64,000 nt of DNA from Podarcis bocagei (taxonomy: Eukaryota), in NCBI GenBank assembly GCA_964188305.1, contig OZ076886.1; one strand, written 5' to 3'. Of this stretch, positions 63,501 to 64,000 are shown piece by piece. Positions within the stretch are counted from its first letter, which is position 1. Each line of letters starts with the position of its first letter. The position numbers were made by a program, and so were the translations under genes. The notes beneath the pieces are model-generated. The model saw only the letters and a program-made list of their open reading frames with translations, searched no databases and had not been told where the DNA came from.

Positions 63501-64000
63501 AGCCTTTAAGGAAATAAAGGTATCTGCCAAAGGAAACATACTTCATGGTAATAATTCCATGTCGTTGCTGTCCCTTGAAACAGAATGTTCTTCCTGTGCC
63601 TGACACAGACAATTAAGAGGTTTCTACTTCATGCGCCCTCAAGGAGAAAAAAAATGCCGAGTCTCTGGCTTCGTAAGATCCGTCATCATGCTGTGACAAT
63701 GAACCAAACACCAGCAATTAAGTACTGTATCAGCTTTATGGTGAGACAAAGGAGGAAAAACACAGACCTAAAACACCTGGTTGTTTTTCCAAAAAAAACC
63801 AACACTTTTTTTTAAAGTGGCGATTTCTCTTGGCGAAAGTTAGACTAAAGAACTAAATGTCTGGAGTCTGGGATAAATGCTGGATGTTCTGACATCTGCC
63901 CTGACAGTGATGGAGCCTGACAGGGTAAAAATTAGGGCAACACACCAACATATACACCCCTTCAACAATCTACCAGGATGTTTTCCTGAGGAAGCCCCAG
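60595..64000 (-). other. probable 3' UTR of the neighbouring - strand gene (CYFIP2 by synteny)
   Basis: TTTATT at 60611-60616 (AATAAA on -), with U-rich, UGUA and AUUUA elements 5' of it on -; TE-poor; mammalian order CYFIP2-NIPAL4-ADAM19; no coding exon seen. Confidence 0.45.

Noticed and set aside
1-64000. CRISPR array or other prokaryotic system
   Set aside because: Intron-containing vertebrate DNA; repeats are dispersed transposons and microsatellites with no repeat-spacer periodicity.

Overview
Vertebrate genomic DNA from a squamate, most likely a lacertid lizard (inferred from Sauria/POM-type and Squam3-type SINEs). The + strand carries 20 GT-AG exons of ADAM19 (4648-32156; exons 4-23 by homology, 5' exons outside the window) with an intact [12 protein letters not shown] zinc site and a ~3.3 kb 3' UTR. 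The - strand carries a complete six-exon NIPAL4 (ATG 55593 to stop 39222; 1209 nt, 402 aa) with a CpG-island promoter, tail-to-tail with ADAM19. A - strand 3'-UTR-like region at ~60600-64000 is probably CYFIP2, by synteny only. Introns are rich in transposons: six Sauria SINEs, Squam2/Squam3-like SINEs, BovB, RTE, CR1 and L1 fragments, Tc1/mariner and hAT MITEs, a solo LTR and a Penelope palindrome. The least ordinary object is a 1.86 kb polyadenylated retroelement with L1-type ends but only one decayed ORF (HAL1-like), nested with a 17-bp TSD inside a Sauria SINE in ADAM19 intron 9. There is no CRISPR or prokaryotic system, and nothing can be shown to be new without database searches. Family names come from recall of consensus sequences, not from alignments.
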